From Thermomicrobiales bacterium (GTDB lineage: Bacteria > Chloroflexota > Chloroflexia > Thermomicrobiales > UBA6265): a DNA stretch of 64,000 nucleotides. Location: assembly GCA_965218235.1 (NCBI GenBank), contig OZ244595.1:14083-78082 (forward strand). Direction: 5' to 3'. How positions within the stretch are numbered: position 1 is the first letter of the stretch; each line of letters begins with the position of its first letter. Shown here piece by piece: positions 1 through 14,937 of the stretch. Position numbers and translations under genes: made by a program. The notes beneath the pieces are model-generated. The model saw nothing but the letters and a program-made list of their open reading frames with translations. It did not search any database and was not told the origin of the DNA.

Positions 1-1752
<1,752 letters not shown>

Positions 1753-2226
1753 TCTCGCCCTCGACATTCATCGTGGCACGCGCGGTCGCTCGGCGCTGTC
1801 GCGCTCTGCTCTCACGCGCCCACATCAGGTCAGGTCGACCTGTGCGCATATTGAACTGTCAATGTCCCTAGACATCAAAAATCGGCGCGTTCGGAACCCG
1901 GTTAGGGCCCGCGTCGCGCCGAAGACGGAGCAAGAGGGGGGTGGGCCGCGTCGCGATCGTCCGGCCGGGGGGTCACACCAGGACCCCACGAGCCGCTGCC
2001 GTGTCCGTCTGTTGGGTCCTCGCGGACCCAGGGACATCTCCCGTGCTCCCCCGTGGCGGATGACCGGCTCCCGTGCGCGTGTCGCCACCCGCACCCCACC
2101 GCTCCGCTCGTCCAGGTCCCACACCAGCTCCGCCAGCGCCCCGTTGCCGGGACCCTGCCGGTCGACATCCCCTTGACCATGAGCTGCGTCGCTGCCACCG
2201 GTCGCCCGGCCCAGCGCGACATCCCT
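1753..2226 (-). other. 16S-23S internal transcribed spacer without tRNA genes
   Basis: Lies between the 16S 3' end and the 23S 5' end; no tRNA cloverleaf or T-loop found; several GC hairpins. Confidence 0.8.
1915..1937. repeat. 3' arm of 16S processing stem (23-bp perfect inverted repeat with 3863-3885)
   Basis: CGCGCCGAAGACGGAGCAAGAGG is the exact reverse complement of CCTCTTGCTCCGTCTTCGGCGCG in the leader. Confidence 0.85.
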
Positions 2227-3748
<1,522 letters not shown>

Positions 3749-3862
3749 GAGCGTTCGCCGACCCCCACCCCCAACGGCTTCCCGCCGGGCCGTGGGCGTC
3801 GCCTCGCTCGGACCGTGGGTCACCCGCAGGCCACCCTCAGTCCCATCGCCCCGCGTCCACGT

Positions 3863-3885
3863 CCTCTTGCTCCGTCTTCGGCGCG
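3863..3885. repeat. 5' arm of 16S processing stem
   Basis: Pairs perfectly with 1915-1937, bracketing the 16S gene (RNase III-type stem by inference). Confidence 0.85.
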
Positions 3886-4077
3886 CCGCTGGTCACCACC
3901 GCACTGCCTGTCACCAGACACCCGTCGTGACCCCTATCGCCAACCTGTCAATGTCTGGACCCCAGTCCCTAAGGATTGGTTGTCCCGGGCGACCTCGTCA
4001 CGGCGCTTTGCAGCGCTCGCTTCCGGTCTCAACCCGCTCCCCGTTGCCGGGTGCCGCTGCGTCTCCGCAGCTCAGAG

Positions 4078-4106
4078 AGTGTAGGTCCGCCGCCGTCCGG
4101 TGTCAA
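4078..4106 (-). promoter_or_regulatory. rrn proximal sigma70-type promoter
   Basis: Minus strand TTGACA-17 nt-TACACT. Confidence 0.85.
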
Positions 4107-4262
4107 GGAGCCTTTTGGCTCAGAATTCCCGGTTCGACCGGCCTCCCAGGGCCCTCAGCCCCTGCCAGCACCGGGTCCCCCCCCACTGACCCAGCGCCCG
4201 TTTCGGTTGCCCGTCCGGGTCGCCGCCGCCCCGAGTCCGCGTCGCGTCCGCAGGGCTCACGG

Positions 4263-4291
4263 AGTCTAGGATCCCGCCTCCGCACTGTCAA
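4263..4291 (-). promoter_or_regulatory. rrn distal sigma70-type promoter
   Basis: Minus strand TTGACA-17 nt-TAGACT; tandem promoters are typical of rrn operons. Confidence 0.85.
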
Positions 4292-4515
4292 GGAATCGTG
4301 AAGCTCTTCGATTTCACGTTGACCACTCCGCCACCTCTTGACCAGCCCGTTATCGGCGTTTCGCGGCGCTCCAATCTTGCGTATTTCGGTCGATCCGTCG
4401 CGCCGAACCTGGAGTTCGTGACTCTGCGCCAATATCACGGGCCGTGACCTATGATGGCGCGCATAGGAATACGTCGTTCAGAGCAACCGTTTGATCCGAA
4501 AGGCAAGGACTCGCA

Positions 4516-5295
4516 ATGATCGCACCTGGAGCTTCCGGCCCCTATCGGCCGGTGATCGGGATTCCGGCTGATTTCGCGCCGGCACCGGATACGACAATCA
4601 GCCACCCTCGATGGCAATTGAACGAAACCTACGTTGATGCCGTCCATGACGCGGGGGGACTCCCATTGATCCTGCCGGTGCTGCCAGACCAGACCGACCA
4701 ACTCATGGGTCTCCTCGATGGCGTCATCCTCAGCGGCGGGGGCGACATCCACCCCAGTCGCTTCAACCGTCCGCTCCACCCGTTGACGGACGGGATCTCC
4801 AAGGAGCGCGATGAGCTTGAGCTCCGGATGTTCGACGCAGCGCGGGCGCGATCGATCCCCATTCTCGGCATCTGCCGGGGTCTGCAACTCGTCAACGTGG
4901 CGATGGGTGGGACGTTGATCCAGGACATCCCGGACGAGCGGCCGGCATCCTCGCAGCATCGCCAGCACCTGGATGGCCTCGCCCGGGACGACGTCTCCCA
5001 TCCGGTCGACCTCCTGCCGGAGAGCCAGCTCGCCCGGATCTACCGCGAGACGCGGATCATGACCAACACCTACCATCATCAGGCCATCGACGACCTGGCC
5101 GAGGGCTTGACCATCACCGGGTGGGCCGAAGACGGCACGGTCGAGAGCGTCGAGACCGCTGGAAACCCGTTCCTCCTCGCAGTCCAGTGGCACCCGGAGA
5201 CCCTCTATCAACGTCATACCGAGCACGCCCGAATCTTCACCGCATTCATGGAGGCCGCGAGGCTCGGCCGCGTCGAGTCAGCCACCAACCGATAG
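4516..5295 (+). CDS. gamma-glutamyl-gamma-aminobutyrate hydrolase family (peptidase C26, class I glutamine amidotransferase)
   Basis: RPVIGI, SGGGDI, LGICRGLQ (catalytic Cys), HHQAI and VQWHPE motifs; AAGGA SD. Confidence 0.9.
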   Translation: MIAPGASGPYRPVIGIPADFAPAPDTTISHPRWQLNETYVDAVHDAGGLPLILPVLPDQTDQLMGLLDGVILSGGGDIHPSRFNRPLHPLTDGISKERDELELRMFDAARARSIPILGICRGLQLVNVAMGGTLIQDIPDERPASSQHRQHLDGLARDDVSHPVDLLPESQLARIYRETRIMTNTYHHQAIDDLAEGLTITGWAEDGTVESVETAGNPFLLAVQWHPETLYQRHTEHARIFTAFMEAARLGRVESATNR

Positions 5296-5375
5296 CGATT
5301 GACACGACTCCTTCGGCGCCCGCCGGAAGCTCGGGATCCCGCCATCCCGCCCGTCCGTCCAAACAGACAGCACGA

Positions 5376-5409
5376 CGAAGCGGCCAGCGATTGCTCGCCG
5401 GCCGCTTCG
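5376..5409. terminator. hairpin between convergent genes
   Basis: CGAAGCGGCC...GGCCGCTTCG inverted repeat. Confidence 0.55.
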
Positions 5410-5435
5410 CGCTTCACAATGATGGTACCGGAAAC

Positions 5436-8054
<2,619 letters not shown>

Positions 8055-8395
8055 CGTCTCTCTGTCCCTGATGTGAGTCGGTTCGAAGCGGGTCGCTGGG
8101 TTCGACGACCGTCGGTTGCCAAGAGATGTCCCGCTCGGGATGTTCCTGACTGAACCAGTCCCGCAGCATCTGCCATGTCTGTCGCTTTTCCGGTGCCATT
8201 GCTCGACCCGCTTCGGGTCGTTGTCTGGTCCTGGAGGCAACGGGAGAATTTTACACTATCCAACAGAAAGTTGCCACGAGTCGTGTCAAACAATCGGAGC
8301 AGTTCGCGACACAACGCTGTCTCGCCAACCGGCACGCTCACAGCGCGACCCGGCAGTGAGGCTGGCCTTCGAAACCGCGTGGCTGCCGGGTCGCG

Positions 8396-9433
8396 CTAGT
8401 GGCGCCGGCCGATGCCGACGAGACGGGCCTGCAGCGTCACGACCACCAGCAGGAAGAGCCCCCGGATGACCTGCTGCCAGTACGGGTTGAGACTGGCGGC
8501 GCCGAGCAGGTTGATGATGAACCCGAGCAGGAGCACGCCGATCAGGGTCGAGGAGACCGAGCCGAGACCACCGGTCAGGAGGGTGCCGCCGACGACGACC
8601 GCGGCGATCGCGCTGAGTTCCCAGCCGATCGCCTCGTTCGGGTTACCGGCGAAGGTCTGCGCGGCGAGGATCGCTCCGGCCAGTCCGGCCAGCGAGCCCG
8701 AGAGGACGTACACGAGGATCTTCGTCCGGACGACGGGCACTCCGGCCAGCCTCGACGCCTCCTCGTTGCCACCGATCGCCAGTACCGATCGGCCGAACCG
8801 GGTGAAGTTGAGCAGAAGCGAACCGAGAATGAAGGCGACGATCACGATCAGGACCGGCAGCGTGACCGTGACACCATAGGTCTCGTTTCGGACATCGAAC
8901 GTCAGCGCGAAGATCTCGCGGCCGTTGAGCTCGATGAATCCGTTCGTGAAGGCCGACGTGTCGAGTTGCGCGACGGCGTTGTCGGCCAGCCGCAGCGCCA
9001 GCCCACGCCCGGCGAGCAGCGTCGCCAGGGTCACGATGAATGGCTGGATCCCGAAGATCGCGATGATGACGCCGTTGAACAACCCGACGGCGGCACCGAC
9101 CAGCACCGCGGCGATGACCGCGACCCACGGTCCGTCCCCACTGAAGTCAGCGGCGATGACGCTGGCGAGGACGGCGACGGAGCCAACCGAGAGGTCGATG
9201 CCGCCGGTCATGATGACGAAGGTCATGCCGAGGGCGAGGAGGGCGATCATCGAGTTGAAGCGGAGGAGGTTCGTGACGTTGAACTCGCCGAGGAAGCCCT
9301 TGTCCCCATAGAAGTACTGCCCAAGCACGAGCGTCAGAATCAGCGCCACCAGCGCGCCCTGCCGCTGGATCACCGTCGCGAGCTGGAGACGCCGGTCCGA
9401 TCTAGCTGGTGCGCTCTCGACCAGTGTCGCCAT
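8396..9433 (-). CDS. sugar ABC transporter permease (RbsC/YjfF-like)
   Basis: GMTFVIMTGGIDLSVGS, FGRSVLAIGGNEEASRLAG, ELSAIAAVVVGGT; multiple TM helices. Confidence 0.92.
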   Translation of the reverse strand: MATLVESAPARSDRRLQLATVIQRQGALVALILTLVLGQYFYGDKGFLGEFNVTNLLRFNSMIALLALGMTFVIMTGGIDLSVGSVAVLASVIAADFSGDGPWVAVIAAVLVGAAVGLFNGVIIAIFGIQPFIVTLATLLAGRGLALRLADNAVAQLDTSAFTNGFIELNGREIFALTFDVRNETYGVTVTLPVLIVIVAFILGSLLLNFTRFGRSVLAIGGNEEASRLAGVPVVRTKILVYVLSGSLAGLAGAILAAQTFAGNPNEAIGWELSAIAAVVVGGTLLTGGLGSVSSTLIGVLLLGFIINLLGAASLNPYWQQVIRGLFLLVVVTLQARLVGIGRRH

Positions 9434-9486
9434 GACGGTTCCCCCCTTCAACACGCTCTCAGAGACCGCTCAACCGCGTCCGACGT

Positions 9487-10503
9487 CTACCGCGCCCGAC
9501 GCTGGAGGAGCACCGCGCCGAGGATCGCGGCCGCCGTCACGATCCGGACCGTCGCATCGCTCAGACCCTCGGTCAGCAGCGTATAACGTGTCAGCTGGAT
9601 GATGAGCGCCCCGATCAGGGTTCCGTAGATGCTGGCCTTGCCACCGAGCAGTGACGTGCCGCCGACGGCGACGGCGGCGATCGCGTTGAGTTCCATGTTC
9701 TCGCCGATGTTGGCGGGGTCGGAGGCCGAGTTGATCGATATCGAGATCAGTCCGGCCAGCCCAGCCAGCATCGCCGAGATGATGTAGACGGCGTACTTCA
9801 CTCGCACGACCGGGACGCCGGCCAGCCGCGCGGCCTCACCGTTGCCACCGGTCGCGAGGACGTAGCGCCCAAACGTCGTCCGTCGCAGCACCCAGGCGGC
9901 GACGATGACGACGAGGACCATGATGACCGCCTGGACCGGAATCCCGAGGATCCGGCCCTGACCGATCCATTGCCAGTTCGGCTCGTCGAAGCTCTTCAGC
10001 CGCCCACCGGAAATCACCTGGGCGATGCCGCGTCCGGAGATGAAGAGGATGAGGGTGGCGATGATCGGCTGGATCCGGAGATTGGCGACAAGGAACCCGT
10101 TCGCCGCCCCGAAGATGCCCACGATGAGGACCGGGATGATATAGGCCAGCGTGCCACCGATCCACGGCAGATCCCACGGCGCCGCCGCGCTGAGCAGGAT
10201 CAGGGGAGCGATCGAGCCGGCGATCGCCATCAGCGAACCGACTGACAGATCGATCCCGCCGGTCGCGATCACGAATGTCATCCCGACCGCGACGATGACG
10301 ATCAGGGCTACCTGGGTGAGGTTGACTCGCATCGCCGAGATGGTGAAGAACGCGTCCGCGTTGAAGACCGCGTTGTAGGCGAGCAGCAGCAGGAGCGCGG
10401 CCAGCCCGCCGTACGTCCCCACCGAACCACGAAGCGTGGCCAGGAGCGGTCTGGGGGAGCGGGGAGTGCCGGCCGCTGGTTCGATCGTCCTAGTCTGGGC
10501 CAT
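9487..10503 (-). CDS. sugar ABC transporter permease (YtfT-like)
   Basis: GMTFVIATGGIDLSVGS, IQPIIATL, ELNAIAAVAVGGT; start at MAQTRT. Confidence 0.92.
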   Translation of the reverse strand: MAQTRTIEPAAGTPRSPRPLLATLRGSVGTYGGLAALLLLLAYNAVFNADAFFTISAMRVNLTQVALIVIVAVGMTFVIATGGIDLSVGSLMAIAGSIAPLILLSAAAPWDLPWIGGTLAYIIPVLIVGIFGAANGFLVANLRIQPIIATLILFISGRGIAQVISGGRLKSFDEPNWQWIGQGRILGIPVQAVIMVLVVIVAAWVLRRTTFGRYVLATGGNGEAARLAGVPVVRVKYAVYIISAMLAGLAGLISISINSASDPANIGENMELNAIAAVAVGGTSLLGGKASIYGTLIGALIIQLTRYTLLTEGLSDATVRIVTAAAILGAVLLQRRAR

Positions 10504-12142
10504 TCCCGCTCCCCGAACCGGTAAAGGCTTCCGCCGAATCGCTTTCCATCTCACCGCCACCGGACACGACCGCGCTGTCGCCGGTTGGCCCCTGCGCCAT
10601 CGCCGCCAGGAGCAGATCCTGCGTAACCTCCTGATGCGACATCGTGGTCACCGTTGCGCCGTCCCGCAGCACGGTGACCCGATCAGCGCCTTCAATCAGC
10701 TCCTCGATCTCGGACGAGATCATCAGCACGCTCAACCCCTGCCCGGCGAGTTCGTCGATCAGCTGCTGAATCTCCGCCTTGGCGCCGACGTCGATGCCGC
10801 GGGTTGGCTCGTCGAGGATCAGCAGCTTTGGGTTGAGGCAGAGCCAGCGCGCCAGCAAAACCTTCTGCTGGTTGCCACCGGACAGTTCCCGGATCTTCTG
10901 GTCCGGGCCGGCGGTCTTGATCCCGAGCCGATCGATGAACCGGTCGACGATCTCTCGCTGCCGGCCAGCATCGACGATTCCCGCTCGGGACAGCGCCGGC
11001 AGGGCGGCAAGGGTCAGGTTCTCGCGGACGGACAGTTCGGGGATGATGCCTTCGACCTTGCGGTCTTCGCTGCAGAACCCCATTCCGGCCCGGATCGCGT
11101 CGCCGGGACCACGAAAGCTGACGGGCTCGCCGTCGAAGCGGATCTCGCCGCCCTCGGGCCGGTCGGCGGCGAAGACGGCCCGCGCCACCTCCGTCCGGCC
11201 GGCGCCGAGAAGCCCGGCCAGCCCGATCGTCTCGCCGCGTCGCACGGTCAGGCTGGCGTCGTGCAGACCCGGCTCCCGCACCAGGCGGCTGATTTCCAGG
11301 AGCGGCGGGCGGTCGTTGGCCGTCTCGCGCCGCGCCTCGTCGAAGCCCGTCTGGCCCTTCCGCCGTACCTCACCGAGTTCCTTGCCCAGCATCGTCGCGA
11401 CCAGACCGAGCTTGTCGATCTCGCTCATCGCCCATTCGGCAACCGTCCGGCCGTCCCGCATGATCGTGACACGGTCGCAGACGGCGTATAGCTCATCGAG
11501 CCGGTGGGTGATGAAGAGCACTGAGACACCGTCGGGCTTCAGCGAGCGGATCACGTCGAACAGCGTGCGGACTTCGCGGTCGTCGAGCGAGGATGTTGGC
11601 TCATCGAGGATGACCAGCCTGCTCTCGAAGGAGAGGGCCCGGGCCAGCGCGACCATCTGCTGCAACGCGATATTGAGTTCGTAGAGTGGGCGGGTGACAT
11701 CGAGCGAGATGCCCAGCCGGGTCAGCAGCGCACGAGCCTCACGGTTCATCGCTCCCCGGTTCAGCACCCCCAGACGCCGCGGCTCGCGGCCGAGATAGAT
11801 GTTCTCGGCGACGCTCCGGTAGGGAACGAGGTTGATTTCCTGGTAGATCGTGCTGACCCCGGCCCGCTGGGCGGCGATCGGCGAGCGGAAGTCGACCGGT
11901 TGACCATCGAAGACGACCGACCCGGCGTCCCGGCGATGGGCGCCGGTCAGGATCCGGACGAGCGTGCTCTTGCCGGCCCCGTTCTGGCCGATGACGGCGT
12001 GGACCTCGCCCCGACCGATCCTCAGCGACGCGCCATCGAGTGCCTGAACACCGGCGAAGGACTTCGCGATGCCGGTCATCTCGACGAGTGGCGCCGAGGA
12101 CCCTCCGCCGTCCGTCGCCGGCGAATCACTCGTTGCGAGCAC
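10490..12142 (-). CDS. sugar ABC transporter ATP-binding protein (YtfR/RbsA-like, two ABC domains)
   Basis: GQNGAGKST, LDEPTSSL, LSGGNQQK, LDEPTRGIDVGAK. Confidence 0.95.
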   Translation of the reverse strand: MLATSDSPATDGGGSSAPLVEMTGIAKSFAGVQALDGASLRIGRGEVHAVIGQNGAGKSTLVRILTGAHRRDAGSVVFDGQPVDFRSPIAAQRAGVSTIYQEINLVPYRSVAENIYLGREPRRLGVLNRGAMNREARALLTRLGISLDVTRPLYELNIALQQMVALARALSFESRLVILDEPTSSLDDREVRTLFDVIRSLKPDGVSVLFITHRLDELYAVCDRVTIMRDGRTVAEWAMSEIDKLGLVATMLGKELGEVRRKGQTGFDEARRETANDRPPLLEISRLVREPGLHDASLTVRRGETIGLAGLLGAGRTEVARAVFAADRPEGGEIRFDGEPVSFRGPGDAIRAGMGFCSEDRKVEGIIPELSVRENLTLAALPALSRAGIVDAGRQREIVDRFIDRLGIKTAGPDQKIRELSGGNQQKVLLARWLCLNPKLLILDEPTRGIDVGAKAEIQQLIDELAGQGLSVLMISSEIEELIEGADRVTVLRDGATVTTMSHQEVTQDLLLAAMAQGPTGDSAVVSGGGEMESDSAEAFTGSGSGNGPD

Positions 12143-12184
12143 ACCTGTCCCTCATTCGTACCAGTTCCACGTCAATAGCGAACG

Positions 12185-12233
12185 ATGACCGGTGATCCCG
12201 CCCTGGATGAATCGAGGCGGGATCACCGGTCAT
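12185..12233. terminator. 18-bp stem hairpin after the binding-protein gene (attenuator or mRNA stabiliser)
   Basis: ATGACCGGTGATCCCGCC...GGCGGGATCACCGGTCAT perfect inverted repeat. Confidence 0.7.
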
Positions 12234-12255
12234 GTGACGACGTCAGATGCCAGGG

Positions 12256-13317
12256 TTAGTACGAGCTGTCGATGAATTGGGCCGCGTTGCTCGCGTCGTA
12301 GAAGCGGTCCGTGTTGATGATCTGCGTCGGGACCGTCTGCCCGGCCGCGTAGGCGACCAGCGTGTCGCAGGCGATCGGGCCGAAGAACGGGTTGCACTCG
12401 ACCGTCGCGCCCATCTTGCCGTCGATGATCGCCTGGAGAGCGTCGCGACTGCCATCGACCGACACGACGAGGACGTCCTGACCGGGAACCTTGCCCTGCG
12501 ACTCAAGGGCGGCGATCGCGCCGAGCGCCATCTCGTCGTTGTGAGCGTAAACGGCGGTCGCCTGTGGGTTAGCCTGATAGAGCGTCTCGAAGACGGTCCG
12601 CCCCTCGTCCCGGGTGAAGTTGCCGGTCTGACTGGCGATGATGGTCATGCCGGGAAAACCGGCGGCGACCGGAGCCGGCGTGGCGGCGGTTGCCGACTCC
12701 GGGTGGGCCGGCGCGTAGGTCCCCGCCAGATAGTCGACGAACCCCCGGCTGCGGTCGATCGCCGCGGTGGCGCCGGTCGTCCCGAACAGCTCGATGATCT
12801 GCGCCTGGCCACCGGTCGTGTTGGCCAGCCAATCGGCCGCGCGGGCACCTTCCTGGTAGAAGTCGGAGCCGATGAAGCAGACGTACTGGTTCCCGGCCTG
12901 GACGATGCTCTGGTCCACGTTGCGGTCCAGGCAGAAGACCGGGATTCCGGCCTGATAAGCCTGCAGGACGGCCTGGGCGAGCGGCGTCTCCTCGCGAGGC
13001 GGCAGGAAGATGGCATCCACCTTGGCCGCGATCAACGAGGCGACGTCGGCAAGCTGCTGCTGGGTCGACTCCTGGGCGTTCCGGTACTCGACCGTCCAGC
13101 CGCGCGCCTCGATCTCGCTGCGCACGCTGTTGGTCTGGGCGATCCGCCAGGGGTTGTTCTCGTCCGTTTGCGGGTAGCCGATGACGTAGGTGTCCTTCTG
13201 CGCCAGTGGCGGTGCCTGCGCTCCGGCGATGACCGGCATCCGCAGACCGAGCATGGCAGCTGCGGCTCCGCCAGCACCGACCTTGACAACACCGCGCCGT
13301 GTCCAGACCTTCATCAT
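12256..13317 (-). CDS. Tat-exported sugar ABC substrate-binding protein (YtfQ galactofuranose-binding-like)
   Basis: TRRGVVK Tat motif; NPWRIAQTNS, IGSDFYQEG, AIDRSRGF, AHNDEMALGA, VECNPFFG. Confidence 0.88.
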   Translation of the reverse strand: MMKVWTRRGVVKVGAGGAAAAMLGLRMPVIAGAQAPPLAQKDTYVIGYPQTDENNPWRIAQTNSVRSEIEARGWTVEYRNAQESTQQQLADVASLIAAKVDAIFLPPREETPLAQAVLQAYQAGIPVFCLDRNVDQSIVQAGNQYVCFIGSDFYQEGARAADWLANTTGGQAQIIELFGTTGATAAIDRSRGFVDYLAGTYAPAHPESATAATPAPVAAGFPGMTIIASQTGNFTRDEGRTVFETLYQANPQATAVYAHNDEMALGAIAALESQGKVPGQDVLVVSVDGSRDALQAIIDGKMGATVECNPFFGPIACDTLVAYAAGQTVPTQIINTDRFYDASNAAQFIDSSY

Positions 13318-13758
13318 TCCGATACCTCCTGACAGCGAAGAAACAGCCTGACCATGTCGTCAGGGCCAGTCGTATCACCAACGATACGGGCAGCGTCTGG
13401 ATCGCAAGTGCCCACACAACGCTCAGACCACGGTGCGCGATCTGACCGGCGCGATGTTCGGCGCACCCTAACGAGACCCGCGCCAGTATGTCGTCCATCG
13501 GTGAGGGCGTCAACGGGTATCCATCGCGAGGATGTCGTGCGCATCGACGAGGATAGCTGGTTCAGGCGTCCTCAATTCCCACGTTGAATAACCGGCCGTA
13601 TGTGCGGAAAACCTGGTACGTCGCAAACCAGGAAGGTCAACCGCGGCCCACTCCATGCCCGGGATCCTGTTCCATCCCCTCGATGGCGAGCCGCCGGCAG
13701 GGAGATGGCCGGCGCTCCGTCGCGCCGGCCATCGGGGCATGGCTCGGGTCAACGGGAG

Positions 13759-14772
13759 TCAGTTCAGGAAGTACAGCACCAGCACCGCCGTCACCCCCCA
13801 GCCGACGATCGAGGCGAACAGCGGCCGATCGCGAAACAGAAGCAGTTCCGGGGATCCGGTCAGACGGTTCTGCTGGATCAGCAGCAGATACCGGAAGATC
13901 GCGAAGACCACGAACGGCAGGGTCAGCATCATCGAATAGTTCGTCGGGACGGACGACGCATCGAAGGTGTAGAGCGCGTAAGCGATCATCGTCGAAGCCC
14001 CGACCATGCTGATCATCTGATCGAGCATCGGAACCGTGTATTCCGACAGGTTCGCGCGGTGCGACTCCGCCTGGCCGCCGAGACTCGCGAGCTCGCTCCG
14101 CCGCTTGGCAAACCCAAGGAAGATCGAGAGCAGCGCTGTGCAGACGTACAGCCACGGCGAGATCGGGACGTCGATCGCGACCGCGCCGCCGGCCGCCCGC
14201 AGGACGAAACCGAGCGCGATGACCATCACATCGATGATCGCCAGTCGCTTCAATCCGGCGTTGTAGGCAGCCATCAGCAGGAGATAGGCGACGACGACAC
14301 CGGCGAACTCCGGCCGAACGACCCAGGCGATCGCCAGCGACGCGACGACCAAGACGATGACCGCCACCCCGGCGACGCTGACCGGGAGCGCTCCAGAGGC
14401 CAGCGGTCGATGTCGCTTGCGCGGATGAACCTGATCATTGGCGATATCCCGGAGGTCGTTGACGAGGTAGGTCGCGCTGCTGGCGAGCGAGAACGCGACG
14501 AAGGCCAGGACCGTGCTGGCGACTGGCCCAGGCTCGAAGAACTTCAGATCGAAGACCAGGGCGGCGAACAGGAGCGCGTTCTTGGTCCACTGGTGCGGCC
14601 GCATCGCCCTGATCAGGTGAAAGAGCACCCCGGAAATACTGGTCGGCGTGGCCAGTCCCAGCGGAGCCGGATCGACGGAATGCTCAGCGGCCAGGCCAGC
14701 GGGCCGAGCCGGATGGGTCCCATACGGTGGATCGCCTGGTCCGTCCGTCCGTTGGGGTCGTTGCTGGTGCAT
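13759..14772 (-). CDS. UbiA-family decaprenyl-phosphate phosphoribosyltransferase-like protein
   Basis: MRPHQWTKN, YLVNDLRDIANDQVHPRKRHRPLASG, FLGFAKRRSE; start uncertain. Confidence 0.88.
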   Translation of the reverse strand: MHQQRPQRTDGPGDPPYGTHPARPAGLAAEHSVDPAPLGLATPTSISGVLFHLIRAMRPHQWTKNALLFAALVFDLKFFEPGPVASTVLAFVAFSLASSATYLVNDLRDIANDQVHPRKRHRPLASGALPVSVAGVAVIVLVVASLAIAWVVRPEFAGVVVAYLLLMAAYNAGLKRLAIIDVMVIALGFVLRAAGGAVAIDVPISPWLYVCTALLSIFLGFAKRRSELASLGGQAESHRANLSEYTVPMLDQMISMVGASTMIAYALYTFDASSVPTNYSMMLTLPFVVFAIFRYLLLIQQNRLTGSPELLLFRDRPLFASIVGWGVTAVLVLYFLN

Positions 14773-14937
14773 CAGGCTCTGGACCCTCGGCCATTCCCGG
14801 TTCTGGCATGTTCACGGCTGAGATCGACCGCGCGTGACAGTGATTCCGCTCCCCAGCGAACGCAAGAGTCGATCCCACCCGACCGGATCGGGCTCGCCCC
14901 TTCGAGGCGAGCCCGATTCAAGCGGCGAGTGGAACGA

